Below are positions 40,395 through 56,102 of a DNA stretch of 64,000 bases, one piece after another (position 1 is the first letter of the stretch; every line of letters starts with the position of its first letter). A program made the translations under genes and the position numbers. The notes below the pieces were generated by a model. The model searched no databases. It was not told the DNA's origin and was given only the letters and a program-made list of their open reading frames with translations. The DNA is taken from positions 25,234,001 to 25,298,000 of the forward strand of contig OX597814.1 of the NCBI GenBank assembly GCA_951406725.2. Reading direction: 5' to 3'. This stretch comes from Octopus vulgaris (taxonomy: Eukaryota).

Positions 40395-41949
40395 TGTTTG
40401 TTTATTTGTTTGTTTATGTATTTATTTTTTGCATTGGAATTCTCTCCTTTACAGCCTTTCCTGCTTTTTGTCTTCTGCATCTGGAACTGGCATAACTTGC
40501 TCTCTGAATCATAATGCTTCTTCTTTGCATTGTATATGATCCATGTAACGAAAAACAAAATGAAACTAAAAATAAATAAATAGAGATCTTCAAATGAAAA
40601 CCTCTAAGAAAATTGAAAAGAAATGGAAGCAAAAATGAGGAAAAGAAATAACCAGAATGACAAAATATAAAAAACATAAAATAAACAACATTCATAACTG
40701 CAATGATTTCCAAAGTTTTATTTTTACATTAAATTTCAAAGCTAACTGAATTATTCTAGGCAAAGTTCTGGTCAGAAGTAATTGCACCTATTGCAATACT
40801 GTAATCTGACACCTGCACCTCAAACATCTAGATATGACAGTTGTCATATGAACATGTGTGCAAGTATAGCTATGTACTATAATTTATTATATATACATAG
40901 TACACACGCACATACACACACATGTATGTATGTATGCATGTATGTATATGTATATACAAATCACATTTTTCCATTCAATGATAAAATGAACAATTTTATT
41001 TATTGCATGTATGTGTAACCATATATGTGTATAAGTATTCATTTTCACACATGCCTACAGAAACACACCCACACAAACACATATATATGTACCTGAGACA
41101 CTTTCAAGAGCTCAAAGTTGAAACTATAATTCTTATTTTTATTGGATTTCTGGTTTCATACATTGCATTAGGCACTTCTTTGAATTAAAAATTCCATTTC
41201 AATGACACTTTTTAGTTGCTTTTAATATATCAAAGAACTACTGCCGGTTGATTATGTTAGCTTTCAGGATTTAGAATTATCAATTACCTTTAAACCACTT
41301 TTATAATTTTACTTTACCTTTATATATGCACCTGTCAATATATACTTCATAAAATCTGAAATCTTCCACTACGGAACATATTCCTCACCAGATTTTAAGT
41401 AAACAACTGGAAATATTATTATTATTGATTTCTAATAATGGTACAAGATCTTGCATTTTTGGAGAGGGTAAAAAAATAATCCATTGCTGTAAGTATGACG
41501 TGATGGCATATACTATGCTTTCAGTATTTTTTTAGTTACCCATGCATTTGCAAACAGACATAGCCCCTTAACCCTCCCAAACCTGATCCAGCAGAACATC
41601 AAGGATATGAGAGGATGAGAAGAGAGCTGTATCAGCAACTGACTGGTCCTCATTGCCCTTGAATAAACAGGAGCAGTATGAAATGAAATAGAATGCCTTG
41701 CCTAAAGACACAATGCATCACCCAGTTTAGGAATGAAACCCCCAACATTATGATTGTGAGCCAACACCTTAATCAATTGGCCAAAAGTGTAATAAGGTAC
41801 ATTCAAGTAAATTAGTCCCTGTACTTGATTGGTATTTAAATTTATCACTCCTGGAAGGATGAACAACAAAGTTGACTTTGGAAGGACTTGAATTCAGAAA
41901 TTAAAGGACTATATACATTATCAGGGTAATTGAGGCAGTAGATGGGCTA

Positions 41950-42840
41950 AATTGCTAGAATGAAATTATCTTGTAGTATTCTGTTATGTCCCGTTGCATT
42001 CTAAAATCAAATCTCCCTGTGGTTGGGTTTACTTTATTCCTCCTTCCTAAGTCAATAAAATAAGTACCACTTCCTAGGTCAATAAAATAAAGTGCCAGTT
42101 GTGCTTATCTAATCAACTATTCCCTTTTCTCAAAATATGAAGCATTCTGTCTATTTAAGAAACCACTGGTAGAATTGTTAGAACATTGGACAAATGTTTT
42201 GTAAGTATTTATTCCAATCCTTTACATTCTGACTTAAAATCCTACTGAGGCCAGCCTTCACGTTCACCCTTCAGGATAAAATAAGGTACCAATGAAATAG
42301 TAGAGATGATTTAATCTACTAAACTCTCACCCAAAATTTGTGGCTTTCTGCCAATTTTGGGAGTTATTATTAATATTATTATCAAAGGTGGTCAGCTGGC
42401 AGAATGGTTAGTATGCTGGGCAAAATGCTTATTGGTATTTCATCCATCTTTAATTCCAAGTTCAAATTCTGCCAAGGTCGGCTTTGCCTTTCATCCTTTC
42501 AGGGTCAATAAAATAGTACCAGTCAAGTACTGGGTCAATCTAATCGTCTTACCCCATCTCACAAAAAAAACTTGTACCAAAGTTTGAATCCATTATTATT
42601 GTTGTTGTTGTTGTTATCAAAGGCAGTGAGCTGGCAGAATTGCTAGCATGCCCAGCTAGATGCTTAGTAACATATCTGTCTTTACATTCTGAGTTCAAAT
42701 TTTGCTGAGGGCGACTTAGCCATTCATCTTTTCACAGTCAATAAAATGAATACCAACTGAACTCTGAGATTGATTAACTCGACTTATCCCCTCCCCTAAC
42801 TTGCTGTCCTTGTGCCAAAATTTGAAACAATTATTATTAA
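41950..42840 (+). repeat. Head-to-tail array of about four diverged family A SINEs
   Basis: Repeated ctggcagaat...gttcaaatt...tcatcc...gtcaataaaa...accag units starting at ~41950, 42165, 42388 and 42621; ATT-rich spacers follow the last three. Confidence 0.7.
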
Positions 42841-42845
42841 TATTA

Positions 42846-44807
<1,962 letters not shown>

Positions 44808-44869
44808 GTAGTAGTAGTATGTTATATAGATTTTATATCTCTTTACAATTTGAAAAGGTGTAAGGAGAA

Positions 44870-45899
44870 ACTCCATTGGGTGCACCTGGTGCAAGCTATG
44901 AACACATAAAAGATGTAGCAGTATCACTGGAAGACAAACAGAAAAAGTAGTCTTCACATATAGCAGATATGCAGGTACATTAAACACCAGGAATGTACAG
45001 AAAATAGAATCCCTCAAATGTCAGGGGGTATCCTTAGAAGTAATAAAGTTTCCATTACTTTGGTGACAAAGTTAGTAGTGGGGGAGGTTGTTCCAAAAGC
45101 GTAGCTACTAGAATAAGAATTGGTTTGACGAAGTTCAGAGAGTTACCAACTCTGTTAGTAATGAAGGGCCTCTTTCTTAGAGTGAAAGGCAGATCAGATT
45201 GTATGATGCTTGTGTACGCATGCTATGCTACATGACAGTGAGACATGGGCTGTTACGACTGAGGGTATTCAAAAGCTTGAAAGAAATTAAGCCAGTATGC
45301 TCCGCTGGATGGGCAAAGTTAGTTTGCAGATAGAGTGTAAGTGAATTGAGAGAAAAACTGAGTATACGAGGCATTAGATGTAGCGTGCAAAAGAGAAGAC
45401 CATGCTGGTACGGCCATGTAATGTATATGAATGAAGACAATTGCATCAAGAGGTGCCGATCACTAATTGTAGAGGGAATATGTGGAAGACGTGGGACGAA
45501 GTAGTGAGAAAGGACGTTGGGACTCACAGAGGTGATAACAGGGAACCGAAACTCCTTGTGGTTTGCTGTGCTTCAAAAGACACGTCAAGCTAAGTAAAAG
45601 CGTGGTTGTCCTTGCATACAGAATTGTCCCCTGCATCTCTCTTCAGCTGAGCATTCCTAATCTTGCGGGATTGTAGGTGTTGGTGCCACGTAAAAAGCAT
45701 CTGTACCAATTCCATGTAAACACAGTCATGCCAATGCTACATAAAAACACCCAGTACACTTTGTAAAGTGGCTGGCATTAGGAAGGGCCTCCAGCTGTAG
45801 AAACCATGCCGAAACAGACATGGAACCTGGGCAGCACTTCAGCTGGTTAGTTCTTGTCAAACCATCCAACCCATGCCATCATGGAAAATGGACATTAAG

Positions 45900-45932
<33 letters not shown>

Positions 45933-45937
45933 CGATG
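44870..45937 (+). mobile_element. 5'-truncated RTE LINE with 3' UTR and (GAT)n tail
   Basis: WVH..C, RIRIG..KFREL, RRPCWYGHVMYMNED motifs; tail (gat)10. Confidence 0.9.
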
Positions 45938-46227
45938 AGGATCTCTTTACAGTTTGAGTTCAAGTCCCATTGAAATAGACTTTACCTTTCTCCCATCTAA
46001 GAGTTGATTATGTAAGTATAATTCAAGAATTGTGTCACATTAATCAATCATATTCTCCACATATTTGTGGTCTTGCATCAAAGGAAGACATTCTTTATTA
46101 TTTTGGTGCAAGTTAGAATCAGTAACGTGCCACGCAAAATATTTTGTGGGAATTAGTTACAATACTTTCTTTGGGCTCATTTTTGTACTTCTATCTTCAC
46201 GGGGTTCACAATAAGTTTTTGTTAAAA

Positions 46228-46608
46228 GGCGGTGAGCTGGCAGAATCGTTAGCACGCCGGGTGAAATGCTTAGCGGTATTTCGTCTGCCGGTACGTTCTG
46301 AGTTCAAATTCCGCCGAGGTCGACTTTGCCTTTCGGGATCGATAAATTAAGTACCAGTTACGCACTGGGGTCGATATAATCGACTTAATCCGTTTGTCTG
46401 TCCTTGTTTGTCCCCTCTGTGTTTAGCCCCTTGTGGGTAGTAAAGAAATAGGTATTTCGTCTGCCGCTACGTTCTGAGTTCAAATTCCGCCGAGGTCGAC
46501 TTTGCCTTTCATCCTTTCGGGGTCGATAAATTAAATAGCAGTTGCATACTGGAGTCAATCTAATCAACTGGCCCCCTCTCCAAAAATTTTGTGCCTAGGG
46601 TAGAAAAG
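46228..46608 (+). mobile_element. Young dimeric SINE family A with TSD
   Basis: CpG-intact; internal repeat of the B-box/core block at 46275 and 46451; TSD aataagtttttgt(t/c)aaa at 46210 and 46609. Confidence 0.92.
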
Positions 46609-46949
46609 AATAAGTTTTTGTCAAATTGGAAGTACTTCTCTTCTGAAGTCGTAATTGATTGACTGAATCGTTAGAAAGTTGGACAAAATACTTCCTAATA
46701 TTTTTTTTCCAGTTCTTTACCATCAAAGTTCAAAACCTGCTGTTGTCAACTTTGCTCTTCATCCTTTCAGAATCTATAAAATGCCTGTCAAGTTAGCTGG
46801 TATCGACTAGCCCCTTCCCCTCAAAACTTCTTGTCTTTTTTCCTAAATTAGAAACAATTATTATTGACAGCAGATTAAGTAAGATGGGCTAAACAAATGT
46901 CTGGTCAATTAATTACTTACATCAGATGTAAGTCATTTTTTTATTGTTT

Positions 46950-48420
46950 TAGTATATTTGTAACATATTTCGTAAACGGAAAAGAACTTTTGTTTTTGTT
47001 TTTGAAAAATATTTCCCCTCGAGGAAAAGATACTTGAACTTTAATTATCGTTTGTCGACAAGGCAAGTAATTACTACTGAAGTATTGGTGAGAGCAGATT
47101 CCGAACGTAAGAGCGACAATCCTCTTTCACAGGTGGAAGGTGAAAGAAAAATTAGAAATAATGGCAATAATACTCCGAAAAAAAAAAAAAAACATTCATC
47201 AAAGTCGATAAGACTGGCAAGAAGAACATTAACAACAAAAAGTAACAGTAACAATATCAGCAACAACATTCATAACAACACCACTAATATGTACGAAAAT
47301 GATTTTTAAAAATAGCAATTCCAATAAAAATAGTTCCAACAACAACAACTTCAAAGAAATAAATTTAACAAAGTCACGATATTATTCGCGAAGAAATAAT
47401 AAAGAAGGCGAGAGTTTTCGTTTCTCAACCAGACGCAATTGCATGGCTGGAGGAAGAGGTGGGCCACCTAAAACAGCGCACAGCTTCCTAAAGATGCATA
47501 GAAGAATCTTTCAAAAAACAGAAGTCGATGAGTATGAGAACAATACCAAAGATTTTCTTCTATCATTCGATGTCTGATTAATTTGTATGATATACTGTAT
47601 TCTGTAGATAAGAAGTGCGCGAAAGGAAAGTTTCATAAAATGACACCTTCGCACATTTTTGGAACTGTGACTAGCAGCGGCGATGATAGAATAGGGATAT
47701 AAATTAATTTCAGGTCTTTTCAAGGTAAAAATGTACTGGAGTAATATTAGAATCCCAGATGTTAATCAAATTTGGAAACATAAATAGCATCAAGAGATAT
47801 TTTTGTAAAAGGATGAGTGCAACTTTGAGTTTTAGGCATAAATAGAATAATTGTGCACAAAACCAAGTTATTTAAATTAGGAGCACCAATTCAGAATTGA
47901 AGAACGAAAAAGCAATCACGGAAACGGCAGTTAGTTAAGTCTGAGGGATTCAACTATTATACAAAATTAGAAAGGATGCTGAAGAAGATTGAGTCAAACG
48001 TTATATAGTCATTGATGTTAGACAACTAAATAGGCTTGTACTCTCTGATTTCAAGTAGATATATACGTTCTTTGCACAACAATTTGCTGAACTATTGGAT
48101 GGACTGGTATATATTTTATTTGTATACCAGAACACCAACCTCTTGTAGCATTCGAGATTTGACTATCTCCTCACCCAAGTCCCAGTTTTAAATAACAATT
48201 TCTATCGGCCCAACGACGGTTTAGGGAGCACTTACCAACCCTAACTGCACGTCGGCCAAGGTTCTTTTTAACTGTTCCCTACTCTGCGTTAAAACATAGA
48301 CAGATCACTTTTGCAAAGAAGTACTCTTTCTTGCGACATACTTCACCCACAATATTTGCATTTCTGGGAATGACTTACGTCCAACATTTTCTTGTAACCC
48401 ACAACGTTTTCAAAATCTAT
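46950..48420. promoter_or_regulatory. CpG-enriched non-repeat island (candidate unmethylated promoter/exonic region)
   Basis: About 25 CpG counted by eye in 46960-47700, versus only a few per kb in unique sequence at 14-31 kb. Confidence 0.4.
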
Positions 48421-48653
48421 CTTTGGTTAATGCAGCAGTTGCTGTTGTTGCTATTATTACCACTGCTATAATTATTACTATTTATAAGTTTGTATGTATT
48501 GTTCCTTATTACTTAATAAATGTATAATTTTTGCTTTTTAGTGTGCAATTTTCCATTTATATATTAATTCATTTCTTCATTCATTATAAGATCTTTTCAA
48601 GAATGTGAGGTAAGTTTATACACGATCTTAGGGAAAGCGTTTCTTCGTTTCTG

Positions 48654-48692
<39 letters not shown>

Positions 48693-48784
48693 GACTGCTA
48701 CTACCACTGAGAAGTTACTTACAGCTGTTAACACGGATGACGCCACATTAAAATTTTTTTTGAAAATGAAAATCCCCATGAACG
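48236..48784 (-). CDS. Candidate three-exon chain: 48784-48723, 48420-48379, 48283-48236 (MGIFIFKKNFNVASSVLTA/IDFENVVGYKKMLD/SREQLKRTLADVQLGL)
   Basis: Three GTAAGT donors within 500 bp, each preceded by an AG-bounded open segment ending in phase 0. Confidence 0.25.
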
Positions 48785-49094
48785 CTTGTGAAAGAAGTAA
48801 ACTGACTTAAAAACCAAGATGATTTCAAAACTATCTTTCCTTTTAGTTCTTTGTAAACTACAACAAACAAAACGATGCACAGATACAAAAGCCTTAACCC
48901 TACATTTTTCATTCAGTAATTGAAAGAAAATTCAGAGGGAGTTCTGTTAAACACATCTCACGGTATTATCCAATGATGGTAATTATGATGACCACGTTTT
49001 ATTCGCCATAAGGTCTCATACATACAAAAGAAATTACAAACTGCGTTAGGATATTTGTATTTATGATGAATGGGGAACATAGAAGAAAATGCAG

Positions 49095-49335
49095 TGCGTG
49101 GCTGTGTGGTAAGTAGCTTGTTTACCAACCACATGGTTCCGGGTTCAGTCCCACTGCGTGGCACCTTGGGCAAGTGTCTTCTACTACAGCCTCGGGCCGA
49201 CCAAAGCCTTGTGAGTGGATTCGGTAGACGGAAACTGAAAGAAGCCCGTCGTATATATGTATATATATATATGTGCGTGTGTGTGTTTGTGTGTCTGTGT
49301 TTGTCCCCCTAGCATTGCTTGACAACCGATGCTGG
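49095..49335 (+). mobile_element. SINE family B, 3'-truncated
   Basis: Near-identical to 58018-58246. Confidence 0.9.
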
Positions 49336-49978
49336 GGTCTTTTCTTATGTGGAAGAAATTGTTCTTCCTCAACTGTTTTTGTTGTTTTATATTGAGTATG
49401 ATTTCCCTGTGTTATATTTTTATCTTTCATTTCACTTTCGTAAAGTTTGTAAAGTTTTATAAGTTATTACTATTTCTTTCTGCTCGATAAAAATGTGGTA
49501 CTACTGGTTGGCATAGTTAAGGAACGTAATGTTTGCTCATCTGTTTTTGATACTGGACATAAAGATATTTCTCTTGTCAGCCCAGAAATTTTGGTTGGTA
49601 ATGCTCTAGAAATTGGAGTTTGTTGTCCATTTTTGTTGAGCCAGTTGATTTTCATTATTTTTGGCTATATTTTCTGTTTTTTTTTTTAATTAGTCTTTCC
49701 AGTTCCTTCCAGCATTCATATTTGAGGCATGTTTTTCTCCAAGAAATATAGCTGCTAGGCTTTCTGTCCTATATCATTAATCTCATGCCACTTGTTTTGG
49801 TGCCTTCTGCCATGTACCATACTGATATGGCTTTGTAGTCTTCAGGTATCATTACGATTTGCAAACCCATTTTGGTACCTTCTGACCATATTGCACCCTT
49901 TATTAACCCAACTTTGATCACATGTAAATATAAAAGTGATTTTTAGCCATAGATCTACATCATGTCCGATGTCTTTTA

Positions 49979-51243
49979 CGAGGGTCAGCTGAAAAGTTCA
50001 TGGGCTGACCAAGATACTCTCATGGAATGTGACCAAATGAGGATCATTTTTCAATATAGACCCCCTTGCTGTCCCCACCAAACACTTCTTTTATCGGTGC
50101 TGCAGTTCTTCAATCCCATTGGAGAAGAAGCTTTCATCCTGTTGGTAAAAAAAGTCATCAACAGAAAGTATGAGGTAATCATCACTGCAATACTGATTCA
50201 TAGCCAAGTGTTTTGATCGTGTTAGGGAAGAAATGATAGTCATATGATATCAGAATAGGGAAGCTGACTAAAATGTTTGATGTCACAGCTTTTGAAACGA
50301 AGGATTTGTGTGCTGGAGCATTGTCCTGATGAAACAAGACCCACTTCATCAGTTTTCCTGGGCGTTTAGTCTTGATCCTTTTTTGTAACTGCCTCAACAA
50401 GTTGGCATGGTACTCTCCATTGATAGTATGGCCTTTTTAAGGATAGTTAATACACACCTCTTTTGCATCACCTTCCCTGCAGATGAAATGACCTTGGCCT
50501 TCATTGGAGAAGATGAGCGGGATGTTTCCACTGCATGGATTGTTTCTTTGACTCTGGCTCAAAGTAATGAACCTATCGTTCATCCTTGGTTAGGAAATAT
50601 TTAAGAAAGCCAGCTGGATCTGCCTCAAACAATGTCATATTTTCCCGTGATATGATCAGCCTGTTGCACATTTGATTAGACGTCAGAAAACGTAGCACCT
50701 ACTGAACAGAAACCTTTATTATGCCAAAAATGCCAAGTTTATTGTGCAGAATATTCTCAACTTTCTCACAGTATATGCTAATAGCATTAGCTATTGGAAT
50801 TATTGTCAATCGCCAGTAATCCATTTCCATGAGGTGTGATCAATGTTTGCTTTTTGGTGAGGGTAGTTGCAGGACGTCCAGACCTTGGGCCATCTTCAAT
50901 ACTCACTTCCTAAATTCAGCTTCCCACTTATGCACTGTTGATAAGGCTTCAGAGTCATTCCTTAACTTAGCAACCATGTCAGCATGAATTTCCTTGGGGC
51001 TAAACTGCTTTTTTTTTTTTTTTGCAGGTTCTTGACAATACCAGGATTCCAAATGTTGGCCATTTTCAAGAAAAGCTGCTACTAGTTACAGCTGAAGTGT
51101 TCTTTGAACAGTCAGATATCAGTTTACCTGGAAATAAATGATACAGTTATTGAGAAAAAGAGCTGAAATGAGTGCATGCAAGATTTCATAGTTGTAGTAT
51201 CATACTTCCATAGTCAGCCTATGAACTTTTCATCCTACGCTCA
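49979..51243 (-). mobile_element. Mariner transposon, same family as 3832-5075, opposite orientation
   Basis: TA-cgagggtcagctgaaaagttcatgggctgac ... gtcagcctatgaacttttcatcctacgctca-TA; minus KRPGKLMKWVLFHQDNAPAHKS. Confidence 0.94.
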
Positions 51244-53149
51244 TATTATAATTCTTGTTTCTTCAACCCATGTACTGGGACAGAGATATAGAGTTAAAAG
51301 TATATCTGACAATTTTAACCTACATTTTGACTGAATCTAAAGATACAGCAGATAGTGCCTTTACTTTTACTTTTTACAGTTGAGTGAACATTTAAAATTT
51401 CCGGAAGAGTCCTTTGTACTACTTGATTTGATGGGAGATCTAATCTGCTTCCATTCTTTCATAAGCAGAGGTAAATCATTTTTCTCTTTGCCTTCTCATT
51501 GTATTAATTCCTGTGGTAAAAACTGTTGCTCAGTTTTGGGAATCATCAGTTACATTTTTTTTATTCACTTCGTATTAAGGAAAGTTTTGCTTTAGCACAG
51601 CTGCAGTATGAACAGACCCCAGGATTTGACTTCAATGTAATCCTCACTACTGCTGTTGTTGTTACTATTATTGTTTCCTTATCTCCCAAACTACTTATTT
51701 GAGTATTTGTTATAGTTCTTGTATTATTTTCCTCTTGTACATTCACATACATGCTTTGATTGTGAGCTGTTATTTTTGTCAATGTAGAATTTAATTTTGT
51801 AACATAATTATGTATGGTAACTATTTTGCATGTGAAAATATTATGTGTGTCAATAGAATTTCAAAGGTTTGTGAAACTTTTTTTCTCTCTAACCAGTGTA
51901 CAAAATGCAGGCCTTCTTTAGACAATTGTAGCTTCTTTTAAAAATACTCAGATGAAACTTTTATGTACTGTATACAAACCCAATTCTACATACCCAAAAG
52001 GCACCTGGTGATGCAGGGAATATTCATCTATAACATCAGAAATTTCATGATTCTAATGATCTATAATATAGGTACTAGGTCAGGACTTTGGGAGAAGAGG
52101 ACTATTGATAATATTAACAGAAGTACTAGACTAGTCCATACTTTGTCAATCTCAGTAGGATGAAAGATAAAGTCAACTTGGGCAGAATTTGAACTCAATA
52201 TGGAAGTGTGTAAATTATAATATAGCATGGTATTTTATTTGCTGCTTAAACGATTCTAACAATTCACCCAATGATATAATAACCATTTTCAATGTCTCTT
52301 ATAAGAGTTGTTCAATATTTTGTAGTATTGTCAAATATAAGAAACAGATCTTTACAATCCCTCAACATTAACCATCAAACTCTGAATCAACAAACTACAT
52401 CAGCCACTATGATTAAACAAACCTCAAACTTCATCTTCACTCCTAACAACAAAGTAAACATTGTATAAAAGAAATGCCCAAGTACCATATGTATTAAGGA
52501 ATCACTACAGACATTATCCAAACACATGTCTGGTTGTGATGCTTATTGTCAAGTGCAATGTGATCTTCATATTTAGGCAAGGTTCACTCTTAATAGGTTT
52601 TGTTATTGCACTTCCGATACATGTATGTTTTGCCTGGAAGGTTTGAGAAGCAATGACAAATGCAACACCAGTCCACTTGCAACAATGATGGTGTGCACAA
52701 CGTAAATATTACTTTCCTTTTCATTGTGACTAAAATTCCAAATAATAACATCACAATGATGATGAAGATGATGAAGGTGATGATGATGACAATGATAAGA
52801 AGGAGGATGAAGAATGGTGGAGAAATGATCACAGTTTGTTTTATTATTTTCTTTTTAATTACTACAGTTTGTGGTTTATTTTATACCTCCTAAAGGGTAA
52901 CAGCAGTAACATCAACAAAAATAAAACATTGAAGTAAAACATCTTTTCTATAAGACAGGGGCCTATCCTTGAAATAATGCACTATTGATTATTTGAGCTG
53001 CAGAACAGCTTAGGAAATAATTTCCTTTGTGTCTATTGATTATTGCAGTTGTTATTCTTGATATTGTTGATCAAGTCAGTTGAGAGATTGAATGGCATTC
53101 CTCTCATCAGAGTCTCAAATTTTATTCATATTTTTTTACGTACAGTTTA

Positions 53150-53253
53150 CTGTCCACATATACACAATCACACAAATATACACATAGAGACACACAGACA
53201 CACACATATATGCATATGTACATATAAACACAGAGTTACACATAAGAGTAACT

Positions 53254-53296
<43 letters not shown>

Positions 53297-53750
53297 ATAT
53301 ATATATATATACATACATATATATATATATATATATACATATATATACATATATATATATATACATATGTATATATGTATGTGTATAGTTATAGTATGCA
53401 CATATATATTTACATAGGCAAAGATGTGTATGTATGATCTCTGACAACAAACGAAAAGGATACACAGCTACATAAATATAACAATCATACATCATTGTTA
53501 GCAAAATTAAGCTTCAAGCTATGACTATATTTCTATGCAGTTTCAAGCATCTTTCTAAATTCTTCAGATTATAACTTGACAGATGACATTTTATTTTTAT
53601 TTTTGTATACATGCATATACATATATATGTATGTATGTGTGTGTGCATGTGTGCGTGCACATGTGTGTGTGTGCATCAGTGAGTACATACGTGCATACAT
53701 ACACACATATATATGTATGTGATATATATGTATGTATGTAGGTATATAGT

Positions 53751-53787
<37 letters not shown>

Positions 53788-53825
53788 AGCTTATGTAACT
53801 TTCTATGTATGGATGTATATGCATT
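53150..53825. repeat. Compound (AT)n/(AC)n/(ATAC)n microsatellite region
   Basis: Visible low-complexity tracts. Confidence 0.9.
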
Positions 53826-56008
53826 ACATAATTTTATCTGTGTTCAAATTTTCACTGACCCGGAAAAACTATCCATTGCTGAGTTGAATTAATTTACATT
53901 TCTACATCCTGAGGTCTTCGGTCTTGATATTTATATTTTGCTTAACATTTAAATCTCAAGAGGAAAATAAGCTATATAAATATCTTTTGAATGTTTTGTG
54001 CTTATTTGCATTGAATTTAATCTCCATATACTGAGATCTTGCTCCAAATGTTTTCTAATATTATATGTAACGTTTTGTGTTTAAAGATTACTTCAGCTAA
54101 AAGAGTAGGAGCTAAATATATTTCAGTATGCTGTTTCTTTTGTACAAGAACATAAATCTTGAAATTGTAACATAGATGGGATTAAATGATTGGGTGAGAT
54201 CAAGATAAATAAGTGTAAGATTGACTTGTTAGGGTTAATGCATGTGATAAGCACCACTGGATAGAGGAGGTTTTCATAGTTTGGTGAGTCTGAGGCATCA
54301 GCTCTCAAACTGTCAAATACCAGCCCCATCACCACCACTACTATCATCACACAACAGAAAATGTTTTGCCCCTTCCCTACACCTTTTTATTAATTAGAGG
54401 ACACAATGGAGTTTTCATACATATAATTTTTTCTTTCTTTACAAAAGTATTAGAGAAGTTTAAAACCATCTTAATTTTTCTTAATACGGCAATTTTCCCA
54501 TCCCACACATTCAGTCCTCACAACCATCTCACCTAGGGAGTTAATCCCATCCTAATTGAAACATTGATTTGAGGCCTAGTTTTTATCGTTGATTACTGAA
54601 ATTTCGCTTCAAATTATATTGTTAATGCTCTTGAGAAATTTATGTGTATGTCAGAATATCATATTCTATTCACTCATAAATATGATACTTTGTGTTTATT
54701 TTGCTGCTATTTCTAGTAAGATAAATAACCCTGTAGATACTTCCTTCCTGGCTCATAGAACCATTGTTGACATACTAGAATTCTAAGATGTAGCTACTAT
54801 AAATAGAAGCATATCAATAAATTTGTTTGTGTATGTATATTGCAAACATATATGCATTTGTATCAGATATATAAATTCTTACTTTTAGACTATTATTGAG
54901 AATTTATTACTTTCCATTTTATTAGATACTCTTCATATTTTCCCTGCATTTATGTTCCAACTACTAATACCAGAGCTGTTTTTTTCTATACTATAGTTCT
55001 TACTGTAGCAATTTTATATGTTGCTATTTCAGTTTTCTTGCATTTCTGAACCTTAATTTACCAACATTATTAATATACTCCAAAATTAACAGAGCTTTTA
55101 CTTAAATTTTACTTTCATAACTATTATAGTGTACTTTTTCAGAATAGTCTATAATCTTTTTATTTATTTTGAAACAATTCCTACAATTCTAAGGAAATAT
55201 TTCTGAAACACTTCAGTACAAACTTTATTTTTGATATACCATAGAAACTTTCAGAATATCTACTAAAGCATTTCCATGTTTAACACATTGATCAAAACCT
55301 AAGCACTGTCCAGAATAATTGTCTCTTTTTCTATATGTATCACTCCTCCATCTATTTGTGTTGCTTTCCTAATATCTTGTAGTAAAAGTACAAGCAATGC
55401 ATGTTTTTCCTCAATTGCATTACAAGAGATATATAAAAATTCAGAAATACATGAAGCACTATACTTTCATTGCTCTTTTCCAATTTTCTCCTTCTCCTGC
55501 TCTGTGTGTTTAGTGATTGTTTGCTTTGGTTATAAGAGAATAAAATAAAGAAAACAATGAACATATTTATAACTGGAGAGTGTGACTATGAATAATGATA
55601 CAACAATTCATAATGTATTAAACATCAAAATAGGTGTCATTACTTAGAAAAGGGATAATTAGTTATTTCTAAAGTATTCATATGTCAGTATTAACCTTAT
55701 CCAATTTACAAAAATTCAACTGTCAAGATTTCTCACATGCCACAAGGTTAGCATGAATAGATATCAGAATGGGAAAGTGGACTGAATTCACAAATATGAT
55801 GAAGAAACTAACAGATAGGGCATTGTTGTTGAGAAAAAAAATAATTCATTTTAGCCCACTGCTAACCTTATGCACTATAGCTATTCCATCAAACTATTTT
55901 CTCATTTTATAGCTGTCAGTGTTATATTCTAAAAGGTAATTGATGCCTGACTTGCTGTTCAGTGCAGCATATTCTTGGAAAACACATCAATTTTTCCATC
56001 TGATCCTT

Positions 56009-56102
56009 TCAGATTGAATGTGGCTTGACCAGATTATAGATCTGAGCCCGTCCAATTACTGAAAAGATGATGCCATCTTCCACATAGCATACTAAGTTGA
56101 AC
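56009..56102 (-). CDS. Candidate terminal exon (FNLVCYVEDGIIFSVIGRAQIYNLVKPHSI*; alternative frame VQLSMLCGRWHHLFSNWTGSDL*)
   Basis: Acceptor tactcttccatgtag|G; GC-balanced unique island within AT-rich flanks; no partner exon identified. Confidence 0.25.

Noticed and set aside
49336-49920. Possible R4-like LINE fragment continuing at 51250-51790 around the mariner
   Set aside because: Too decayed to support with a diagnostic motif.
52640-52702. EGF-like DKCNTSP..CNNDGV pattern
   Set aside because: It needs frameshifts within 40 nt and lacks the remaining cysteines; likely chance.
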